Positions 14,366-24,299 of a DNA stretch of 64,000 nt are shown piece after piece. Source of the DNA: Octopus sinensis (lineage: Eukaryota). Under the pieces are notes generated by a model. It was given only the letters and a program-made list of their open reading frames with translations. It was not told the origin of the DNA and did no database searches. The position numbers and the translations under genes are program-made. The number at the start of each line of letters is the position of its first letter. The stretch's first letter is position 1. The stretch is taken from contig NC_043002.1 in assembly GCF_006345805.1 (NCBI RefSeq), positions 83,452,001 to 83,516,000 of the forward strand, given 5' to 3'.

Positions 14366-15309
14366 ATGTATATGTTTACATTCTGCGTTCTCACATGAAA
14401 ACTGTTGAGTTAAAAATGGGGATGTTTGTTGACATTCCTTGTTTAACAGATCATCCTATAGCTCTGTACTTTCAATGATAAATAAAATAAAGTAAAATCC
14501 ATTATACGAAAAATGGTTCAGGTATTTGGTTGTACAACAATGCCTCTATACATATTCATTTAACCCATGCTAACATCAAAAACTGGACATAAAAGCTAAT
14601 GATTACAATATGGAGAGGAATCTACATCTGATTTCTTACCTGCTTCTTAGATTTTAAAAATCTAATTAACATGAATTAGATGACCATATTAGGAAATGTA
14701 AGGGCCTTTGCATGAATTTATGGAGTGTTATGTATACTCTTGTAGCTACTTCCTTGAACAAACCTTAAAATGGAATTACTTGAATTAAAGTAAACTAAAA
14801 ATGTGATTTGTCTAAGGCCTATTTTAGGGCCCTCAATAAATCTTATCAGCCTCTTGATTTATGTTGGAGGAGAACTCTAGGACATGGTCTCAGGCAAGGT
14901 TTTTTTAGTTTCCTTTTTTCATACTACCAATGCTATCCAAATGTGAGGATTGGTACAACATGGCACTAGTGTTGTTGTAGGGACAGCCATGAGAACGTGA
15001 GGAGTCAGAACAGATACTTTGAGGTCTCCCTTTTGGCGTTTCACCAGTTCCATCAATTCACCACTCAGGATTGCTATTTTATTTACTAACCCCTGAAATG
15101 ATGAATGATAATGTTGCCTTCAGTGAGATTTGAACTCCGGATGCAAGGAGCTGCAAGGCAATCTGTCTGATGGTTTAATGCAGTGTTCCTCAACCTTTTT
15201 ACCTTTGCACAACCCTTAAAATAAATTATATATCTCAAGGAACCCCTGCACAAAAAAAATTATATACCATATCTTTCTCATATTTTTTCATCATAGTTCA
15301 GGTGGTAGC

Positions 15310-15545
15310 TATATATATATATATATACATTTACATACATACATACATACGTACATAGATATTCATGCATCCATATATATATATATATATGTGTATATAA
15401 ATATATATATATGTATATATATGTGCATATAAATATATATATATGTATATATATATGTGTATATAAATACATATATATGTATATATATGTGCATATAAAT
15501 ATATATATATGTATATATATATGTGTATATAAATATATATATGTA
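15310..15545. repeat. TA-derived minisatellite (about 28-30-bp unit)
   Basis: Recurrent GTG(T/C)ATATAAATATATATATATGT units. Confidence 0.85.
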
Positions 15546-15546
15546 T

Positions 15547-15722
15547 CACGTAAAAAACACCCACTATACTCACGGAGTGGTTGGCGTTAGGAAAGGCATC
15601 CAGCCGTAGAAACTCTGCCAGATCAGACTGGGCCTGATGCAGCCTTCTGGTTTCACAGACCCCAGTTGAACCGTCCAACCCATGCTAGCATGGAAAGCGG
15701 ACGCTAAATGATGATGATGATG
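15547..15722 (+). mobile_element. Family E element (5'-truncated)
   Basis: Core plus (GAT)n tail. Confidence 0.85.
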
Positions 15723-15839
15723 ATGATGATGTATATATATATGTATATTTTATTTTATCTAGCTTCAGCTCACAAGCTGTGGCCATGCTGGGGCACCGCC
15801 ATTTGGTGTTGGTACATAATTTTACTTCACGAATGCTTT

Positions 15840-16050
15840 TTAGCAATTGCCATTTGGTGCATGAGAGAGTTTGATGCAGCTGCCCTCATGCTGTGAAGTT
15901 GGTTCATCTGGGACACCTGACAGGAAGAGATCCGGTTTTATTTTAAAAACATCTGCATCCACCCCATGCAGGTCTCTCAGGTTCTTTGGGAGGATATTGA
16001 AGAGCTGTGGGCCTCTGAAGCCCAGGCTATCACAGTATCTTGTCCTATAT
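15840..16050 (-). mobile_element. CR1/L2-group LINE ORF2 C-terminal fragment
   Basis: Translation [49 protein letters not shown] resembles the post-RT C-terminal tail of CR1-group LINEs (LFN-LP..FK..LD.FL..VPD.P pattern). Confidence 0.7.
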
Positions 16051-16051
16051 A

Positions 16052-16082
<31 letters not shown>

Positions 16083-16139
16083 TAAATTAGAGATAAAACC
16101 ACTATTAGGCAAATCAAACAGTGAAAAACATAAACCAAT

Positions 16140-16360
16140 ACATAGAAATAAAATGATATGTATATATATATATTTGTATATATATATGTATATATATGTA
16201 TATATGTATGTATGTATATATATGTATATATATATGTTATATATATATATATATGTATGTATTATATATATTGTATGTATATATATAGTATGTATTATAT
16301 ATATGTATGTATTATATATATATAATATATATATATATATGTATGTATATATATGTATTG

Positions 16361-16414
<54 letters not shown>

Positions 16415-16434
16415 ATGTATATATATATATAATG

Positions 16435-16469
<35 letters not shown>

Positions 16470-17645
16470 GTATGATATATATATATGTATGTATATATAT
16501 ATGTATATATATGTATATATGTATATATATGTATATATATATATATGTGTATATATATATATTGTATTATATAGGTATATTATATATATATATAGTATAT
16601 ATGTATAATATATATATATGTATATATGTATATATATATATAATATGTATAGATGTATATGTATATTATATATATATGTATATATATATATGTATAGTAT
16701 ATATATGTATATATATATATATGTATATTATATATATATATGTATATACTATATATATGTATATATATATGGTATATATATATGTTATATATATGTATGT
16801 ATATATATATGTAGTAATTATATATATGTATATATATATGTGTATATATATATGTATGATATATATATATGTATATATATATGGTGATGTATTATATATA
16901 TATTGTATGTATATAATATATATGTAGATATGTATGTATATATATATATGAGTATATATGTATATATATATAGTGGATTATATATATGTAGTATATATGT
17001 ATATATATATGTATGTGTTATATATATGTATGTATTTATATATATATATGTATGTATATATATAATATATATGTATATATGTGTATATATGTAATATATG
17101 TATATATATGTATATATGTATATATATGTATTAATATATGTATATAATGTATATATATATATGTATATAATATATGCTATATATATATGTATATATATAT
17201 GTATATATATGTATATATATATGTATATATATATGTATATATATATGTATATATATATGTATATATATGTATATATATATGTGTATATATGTGTATATAT
17301 ATGTATTATGGATATATATATGTGTATATATATGTATAATATGTGTAATATATATGGGTATATTATATTATATATATGTGTATATATATGTAAATATATG
17401 TGTATATATATGTCTATATATATGTGATATATATGTGTTATTATATATATGTGTATATATATGTGTTATATTATATATGTTGTATATATATATGTAATAC
17501 TATATATATAATGTGTATATATATGTATATATATAATATATAATATGTATATATATATATGTGTTACTATATATGTATATTATATATATATGATATATAT
17601 ATATATATGTATATATGTATATATATATGTATATATATATTATAT
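16140..17645. repeat. About 1.5-kb degenerate (TA)n/(TATATG)n low-complexity tract
   Basis: Almost exclusively A/T with scattered G, very few C. Confidence 0.95.
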
Positions 17646-18180
17646 GTAGAAAAATACAAACTGGGACAAGAACATAAAACATTTAGAAGAGATACAAAAA
17701 ACACGGACGGGACATTCGAAGCCTTCGATCTTCAGTCAAGAACCGGATCATCCTCGCAATTTCGGCTGATTAATCTTGAGATCGCTCCAATCCAGCCAGC
17801 CCCAAAGAAAAGCTAAGCTACGAGCATTAGATTTCTTGGAAAAAAGATCGAATGTATACGAAACAAGGTCAGAAAAATGGATGATGCCACACGAATATAA
17901 ATACAAAAAACAATAATAGTAATAACAGGACAAAAACAGTGGGTGTCTTACGACTATAGACAGTACAACTTAGTTTAGCTGGCGTATTTGGAAAAAAATG
18001 CCTTTTTCGGCAGATGAAGACGATGTTCTCGTGGTGCTGGTTAGAAGCCGAAAGGCTGGTTGACCAGCGGTCACGTGAGAGGAGAAGAGAGAGAAAAAAG
18101 AGGGGGCAAAGGAATCAAAGAGAGAGAGAAAAAGAGGGACGAAGGCACCAAAGGGGGGAGAAGAGAGAGAAAGAAGGAAT
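17646..18180. mobile_element. CpG-rich repeat remnant inserted in a (TA)-rich tract, possibly a Penelope-like terminal region
   Basis: Abrupt compositional change, several small hairpins and microsatellite flanks. No diagnostic ORF. Confidence 0.3.
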
Positions 18181-18195
18181 ATGTACATACATATA

Positions 18196-18573
18196 CACTT
18201 GCGTCAGAAATTAATTAGCACTTCTCAAATTTCTACATTAAATAGGTTAAATCAATTAACCTATGAGCTGTTCAAAATGTCTTACGCGATGAGAAAACTT
18301 AGTATGGGTGTGATTTCGGTCCTTGCGAGGCGCTACCTATATCTATTAAACAAAGGAAGATTTGTCTGCATCCGCACTCCAAGTTGTTGCACTGCTATGT
18401 CAACATCATAAGGCTGTAGACTCTCAAACTGCTCTGCAAACAAAGTTACGTCATCGTTCTGCGCAACAGTGAACTCACAACAAAGCAATAGTTCGAGATA
18501 TGGCCACTAGGTGACAGCACATACCTTGAGTGAAGAGCAAATCAAGGGTGCTAATTAATTTCTGACGGTAGTG
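18196..18573. mobile_element. Tc1/mariner-type MITE
   Basis: 26-bp TIRs CACTTGCGTCAGAAATTAATTAGCAC and GTGCTAATTAATTTCTGACGGTAGTG (2 mismatches), with TA on both flanks. Confidence 0.85.
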
Positions 18574-18599
18574 TATATATATGTATATATATATATGTA

Positions 18600-18949
18600 T
18601 GTGCCGGTGACACGTAAAAGCACCATCCATTTCGTGGCAGTTTGCCAGCTCTGTCTGGCCCCCATTTTGGTGGCACGTAAAAGCACCATCCGTTCGTGTC
18701 CGTTGCCAGCCTCGCCTGGCCCCCGTGCCGGTGACACGTAAAAGCACCATCCGTTCGTGGCCGTTTGCCAGCTCTGTCTGGCACCTGTGCGGGTGACACG
18801 TAAAAAGCACCCACTACACTCGCGATCTGACTACACTCCCAGATCTGACTGGGCCTGATGAAGCCTTCCAGCTTCACAGACCCCAGTTGAACCGTCCAAC
18901 CCATGCTAGCATGGAAAACGGATGCTAAATGATGATGATGATGATGATG
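18600..18949 (+). mobile_element. Family E element
   Basis: 4 subrepeats, internal deletion in the core, (GAT)n tail. Confidence 0.85.
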
Positions 18950-19326
18950 ATACATATATACATACATATATATATGGTTGTTATATTTTTTTGATAACAT
19001 AATAGGTTAAATAGGATGATGTCTATATTACAATAACCAATAATGTGTTGTGCATGTATAGTAATATTACGATCATGAAATTAGCATTAGCTTATCTCAC
19101 TCTTTCTTGTGGAACCCCTAGGAACCTTTTGCGGAACCCTAGGGTTCCGGGGAACCTCTGTTGAGTAACGCTGGTTTAATGATTAGCCAGTTCACCATCT
19201 TTGACTAATAACTTATTGATTACAGTGATTCAACGAATGATTGATAACAGACATACTCGCCTTGCTTTACATCGCCTACCCCAAACGTAATTACTTTCAT
19301 GAATCAGTCTAATTTATATTTAGTCT

Positions 19327-19384
19327 TATTTGCAATGTTGTGTTGTCACTCAAACATTTAGGAGTAAATCCTGCATTGCATATA
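19327..19384 (+). ncRNA. Weaker hairpin candidate (HP0)
   Basis: TATTTGCAATGTTGTGTTGTCACTC pairs with GAGTAAATCCTGCATTGCATATA: about 20 bp with 2 G-U, 3 mismatches and 2 bulges, 10-nt loop, poor basal extension. Confidence 0.2.
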
Positions 19385-19892
19385 TGTCATGATACAGTCT
19401 AATCTGGTGTTGTTTAGCTACAACTCAGCTCTGATCCACTAGACCTATGATTTAGGCCTTTCAAACTGTGACCCACCCTATTCCCCCCCCCCCTACATTG
19501 TCTTTCATCCTTTCAGCATCAATAAATAAATAGTCCAGTACTGAGGTCGTATAATTGGCTGTTTCCTTCTCCAGAAAACTCTGGATTTTTGCCCATGATA
19601 AAAATTATTTATTGGTGTTAAGCTTCAGATCAACCTTGATCAAGCAGACCTTTGACTAAAGGCATTCTAGCCATGACAATCCAGTGTTTTTTAATTCTTT
19701 TTTTCTTCTTATATAGGTAGCAAAGACTGCAGTATTTTATGTGGCTTTTATATTAAAATGTTAGTAAGTGATGTAGGAGATTTGGCTGTGATTTCTTGTA
19801 GGTCTTTGTACAGATGTTTCCTCAGTGTTTTTTTTTTTTTTGTGTGTGGATAGATGTTAGAGGTTGAGATTCTAATACTGCAATTTCATTGT

Positions 19893-19999
19893 GGTGTTGT
19901 TATTGACATCTAAGGGTGATACATGCAATTGCAGTGGATAACCCGATTGGTTCATACTGCAACTGCAAAATGTATTACCTGTGGATTTGACATAGCACC
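19893..19999 (+). ncRNA. Pre-miRNA-like long imperfect hairpin (candidate HP1)
   Basis: Hand-folded. GGGTGATACAT (19914-19924) pairs with ATGTATTACCT (19970-19980), and GCAATTGCAGT pairs with ACTGCAACTGC. An outer helix joins GGTGTTGT (19893) with ATAGCACC (19992-19999). Multiple G-U wobbles on the + strand; unique, non-repeat sequence. Confidence 0.45.
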
Positions 20000-21390
20000 T
20001 GTTGATGATGTTGGTATTGATGATGATGATGATGATCTGTCTTTTCTCAACTCTTCTTTCTTTCTTTATTAAAGCTGCAACACTGTGTATCAGCATGCCC
20101 GTTGCACATTTGAAATCTGCTATATGCTTCTCCTCCCCCCCTTCTCTCTCTCTTTCTATCTCTATGTTTACCTCCCTCAGTCTGTCTATCTGTCTCTCTC
20201 TCTCCCCCACAGATTTTAACCCCCCCCCCACATGTTTTTATAAACTATCTTGTATTATATCAGTCACTCTTCTCTGTTGCCTTTTGTCTCACAAAATACC
20301 TCATTTGACATCAGAATCTGTCATTTATAATTATTTTTTTGTTTAACATGAGTATATCCTAACAAATACTTATTTGTTTCCCAAAACGCACACATACACA
20401 CACACATTTATACATTCATTTCTAATTTATTGTTGCCTTCCTGAATGTTTTAGTAATTCTCATTCCACTCCACCACCACTTCCTTATTAATTTTAATACC
20501 TTTCCCTTCATAGTAACAGTGTTATTTTCTACATTATTATATATAGCTTTTTTTTTTCTTTTTTAAAATCAGATATTTACTCTGTCTGTCTGTCTGTCTC
20601 TCTCTCTGTCATTGTTAAGTCTCCAGTTCTCCAGTCAGCTTTGATCCCGATGATCCCTGATCAGAGAAATGTTCTACTTGTGACCGACCACTCTGTCTTT
20701 TTGTATAGCGATGACTTTGTCCAACCCCATGTACTCTTTATTTAAGGTAGTGAATGGATTGTGGTTTGCTCAATAATAGGCTCACACACAAACACAAACT
20801 GAGACAGACCTATACATACATACATGCATACATACATACACAACCATGTGTAAGATATCAATTGTTCAATAACAGTCACCTATCTAATATTAACACACTT
20901 CTCCCATAGTGTTTTTACACCAGCCCAAACCCCCTACTTTTTTCTCTTTTTGGTTAATATTTATTGCTCATCTAAACTGTAATGACCTCTAATGAGAGTA
21001 GTAGCAAGCTGACTAGTAGATACTACTTTTTTCTTTCTTTCTTTCCTTTTTTTTTTAACACCTATCATTGTTCTTTCTCCATCTATATATACAAAGGGAG
21101 TTGGCAAAGATCAGATAGTTTCACTATTGCAGCTACCGTTTTCCTTGAAACACACAATTCTTATGGTTTGATGTTCTTCATAATAGCCCCTTCTACCATC
21201 TTTTTTTTTTTTGCCTTCTTCCAGAAAAGAGGTGTTGAGTGCTAGTGCATTTTTCCTGCTCACTCTTTTTTTTTTTTTATTCCTTTCTATCATTGAAGAT
21301 ATTGATTGGAACTTAAAAGAACCTGCTCAGTATTTCCTAAACACATTTTAGCAGATGTTTATAGACAAAAAAGTCCTTATTTTTATCTTA

Positions 21391-21428
<38 letters not shown>

Positions 21429-21706
21429 ATATTACCTATGTTATATATATATATTAGCTATGTATATATATATATATATTACCTGTGTTATATATATATA
21501 TATACCTATATATCTATCTATCTATGTATGTACTATGTATGTATGTATATGTGTGTGTGTGTGTATATTACCTATGTTATATATATATATACCTATATAT
21601 CTATCTATCTATGTATGTACTATGTATGTATGTATGTTTAGTGCTGACAGTTGGAAAAAGTACACTCAATTCCATGGTAGAGATTAATCATATTATTTTG
21701 GTTGAG

Positions 21707-21785
21707 TCAGTTTCTTGCTACTTTGAGTTTCATCTGTGGCTGCACAGAGTGTCTTCAGGTAAAACTCAGAGTAGCAAGTGACTGA
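21707..21785 (+). ncRNA. Pre-miRNA-like hairpin (candidate HP2)
   Basis: Arms 21707-21736 and 21756-21785 give 25 Watson-Crick pairs, 3 G-U and 2 mismatches over 30 positions, with a 19-nt loop. A basal extension pairs TTGGT with ACCAA. Confidence 0.6.
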
Positions 21786-21881
21786 ACCAATATATGTATG
21801 TATGTATATGTGTGTGTGTGTGTGCGCGCGCTGATGTACACAGGAAAAATAGAACTTGAAATATGAGTAAATGTATATTTT

Positions 21882-21984
21882 TATTAGTATTTAGCTGAAG
21901 CAACAGACTGACTCAAGGCTGACAGTTTTTATGTATTGACTCTCAGCCCTTGAGTCACCCTGTTGCTCCTGCTCAGTATTAATA
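21882..21984 (+). ncRNA. Pre-miRNA-like hairpin (candidate HP3)
   Basis: Arms 21882-21926 and 21939-21984 give 37 Watson-Crick pairs, 2 G-U, 6 mismatches and one 1-nt bulge. The 12-nt loop TTTTATGTATTG contains UGU. It lies about 100 nt downstream of HP2. Confidence 0.55.
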
Positions 21985-21989
21985 TATAT

Positions 21990-22360
21990 GTGCAGAAGTG
22001 CCTATGTGATAAGAAGCTTGCTTCCCAACCACATGGTTCTGGGTTCAGTCCCACTGCGTGGCACCTTGGGCAAGTGTCTTCTACTATAGCCTTGGGCGTG
22101 TATTTGGTAGACAGACATTGAAAGAAGCCCGTCGTATAATATATATGTATGTATTTGTGTGTCTCTGTTTGTGCCCCCACCATCGCTTCACAACCGATGT
22201 TGGTGTGTTTACTTCCCCATAACTTAGCAGTTTGGCAAAAGGGAGTGATAGAGTAAGTACTGGGCTTACAAAGAATAGGTCCAGGGGTTGATTTGTTCGA
22301 CAGAAGGCGATAACCCACCATGGATGCAGTCAAATGGCTGAAACAAGTAAAAGAATAAAG
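21990..22360 (+). mobile_element. tRNA-derived SINE, family A
   Basis: Near full-length copy. Confidence 0.9.
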
Positions 22361-22557
22361 AATATATATATACATATAAATACATGTATGTGTGTGTGTG
22401 TGTAGATATACATACATACATAAATATATATATATATATGCACACGTGTGAGTCGCCTTAGAGAGCATAAGTCAGGGAAAAGATGCACTCATATGTCTGT
22501 CTGTAGAGTGGGCACGATATTTAATACTATACGTTTCAGATGATATATATATATATA

Positions 22558-22925
22558 TTTTTTACTTGTTTCAGTCATTTGACTGCGGCCATGCTGGTGC
22601 ACCGCCTTTAATCGAGCAACTCGACCCCAGAACTTATTCTTTGCAAGCCCAGTACTTATTCTATTGGTCTCTTTTGCCGAACCGCTAAGTAACGGGGACA
22701 TAAACACACCAGCATCAGTTGTCAAGCAATGCTAGGGGGACAAACACAGACACACAAACACATATATATATATATATGCATATATACGACGGGCTTCTTT
22801 CAGTTTCCGTCTACCAAATCCACTCACAAGTCTTTGGTCGACACTTGCCCAAGGTGCCACGCAGTGGGACTGAACCTGGAACCATGTGGTTGGTAAGCAA
22901 GCTACTTACCACACAGCCACTCCTG
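22558..22925 (-). mobile_element. tRNA-derived SINE, family A
   Basis: Near full-length reverse copy with a small internal deletion. Confidence 0.9.
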
Positions 22926-22963
22926 TATGTGTGTGTGTATATATATATACACATACAGATAAA

Positions 22964-23298
22964 GGTGCATGGCTCAATGGTTAGAGCGTCGAGCTTACGA
23001 TCGTGAGGTTTTGAGCTCGAATCCCGGACCGGGCTGCGTGTTGTGTTCTCGAGCAAGGCACTTTATTTTACGTTGCTTCAGTTCACTCAGCTGTAGAAAT
23101 GAGTAGCGACGTCACGGGTGCCAAGCTGTATCGACCTTTGTCTTTCCCTTGGATAACACTGGTGGCGTGGAGAGGGGAGGCTGGTATGCATGGGCGACTG
23201 CTGGCCTTCCATAAACAACCTTGCCCGGACTTGTGTCTAGGAGGGTAACTTTCTAGGTGCAATCCCATGGTCATTCATGACCGAAGGGGGTCTTTACC

Positions 23299-23302
<4 letters not shown>
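22964..23302 (+). mobile_element. tRNA-derived SINE, family C
   Basis: TGGCTCAATGG A-box, CTCGAATCCC B-box and a GTTCTCGAGCAAGGCACTTTA central domain. Fragments of the same head occur at about 11770-11945 (-), 26430-26580 (-) and 45780-45890 (+). Confidence 0.8.
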
Positions 23303-23349
<47 letters not shown>

Positions 23350-23354
23350 CATAC

Positions 23355-23738
23355 ACAGACACACATGTGTGTGTTAAATAATATGAGACAAATCCAAGGC
23401 CGTGTGAAAATTTTAGGACATTTATAAAGAGAAAGGTGCTCTTACAGCTGTTTCAATGATTTAAAGGATATCTCATCATCAGAAACGATATGAGAGAGTT
23501 AAATTGAAGGAAATAGTAGAGTTCAGCATAAGAAGTTATTTTGGAATGGGAGAGATATAGGAAGTATAAAGGGAAATATGAGAATAAAAATTACAGTTGC
23601 AGTTCCATTATCCAAGGAAAATGCTGTGTAGAATGGGTAGTGGGGCTTCTTGTCCATGGTATGTAAATTCCAGAAATAGGTATGTAAATTCCGATAGGAG
23701 TTCACCTGCCTTTTGGGTCTTCTGGATACCAAACCTAT
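23355..23738 (-). mobile_element. Diverged second copy of the Penelope-like remnant, with a decayed hammerhead motif (23438-23486)
   Basis: The minus strand has CTGATGA...GAAACAGCTGTAAG but a disrupted stem II. Homologous blocks match 31945-32375. Confidence 0.4.
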
Positions 23739-23744
23739 CTCTCT

Positions 23745-23833
<89 letters not shown>

Positions 23834-23864
23834 GAATCCAAACAAAGAACAAACTACTTTCTCA

Positions 23865-23936
<72 letters not shown>

Positions 23937-23989
23937 CATATATATATATATATATATAATATATATATCATATATATATATATATATAT

Positions 23990-24043
<54 letters not shown>

Positions 24044-24066
24044 ATATATATGTATCATATATATAC

Positions 24067-24120
<54 letters not shown>

Positions 24121-24255
24121 TTTTCTATGAGTCAAAAAGGAATTCATAAAAATATTTGTTAAAAACTTATCGATTTTTCTTGATTTTCTTAGCCTCTGTG
24201 TGTGTGTGTGTGTGTGAGAGAGATAGAGAGAGAGAGAGAGAGAGGGGGAGAGAGA
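23738..24255. repeat. Compound (CT)n/(TA)n/(GA)n/(TG)n microsatellite block
   Basis: Directly visible. It lies about 400 bp upstream of the candidate exon. Confidence 0.95.
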
Positions 24256-24299
24256 GCCTGCTTGTGCTTTGAACCCTGTACAAGATTCTCTTGACTAAT

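Larger units (their letters stand above)
15181..19173. mobile_element. hAT (Charlie-like) non-autonomous element expanded by about 3.6 kb of nested insertions
   Basis: Termini CAGTGTTCCTCAAC and GTTGAGTAACGCTG match at 12/14 as TIRs. Exact 8-bp TSD GTTTAATG at 15173-15180 and 19174-19181. It interrupts a SINE whose halves rejoin across the TSD. Confidence 0.85.

Noticed and set aside
18600-18815. Regularly spaced repeats resembling a CRISPR array
   Set aside because: Whole units are homologous (no unique spacers), they are part of a eukaryotic retroelement tail, and there are no cas genes.
20102-20121. TTGCACATTTGAAATCTGCT, similar to miR-29 (UAGCACCAUUUGAAAUC)
   Set aside because: The seed differs and the upstream arm gives only about 13 bp of pairing.
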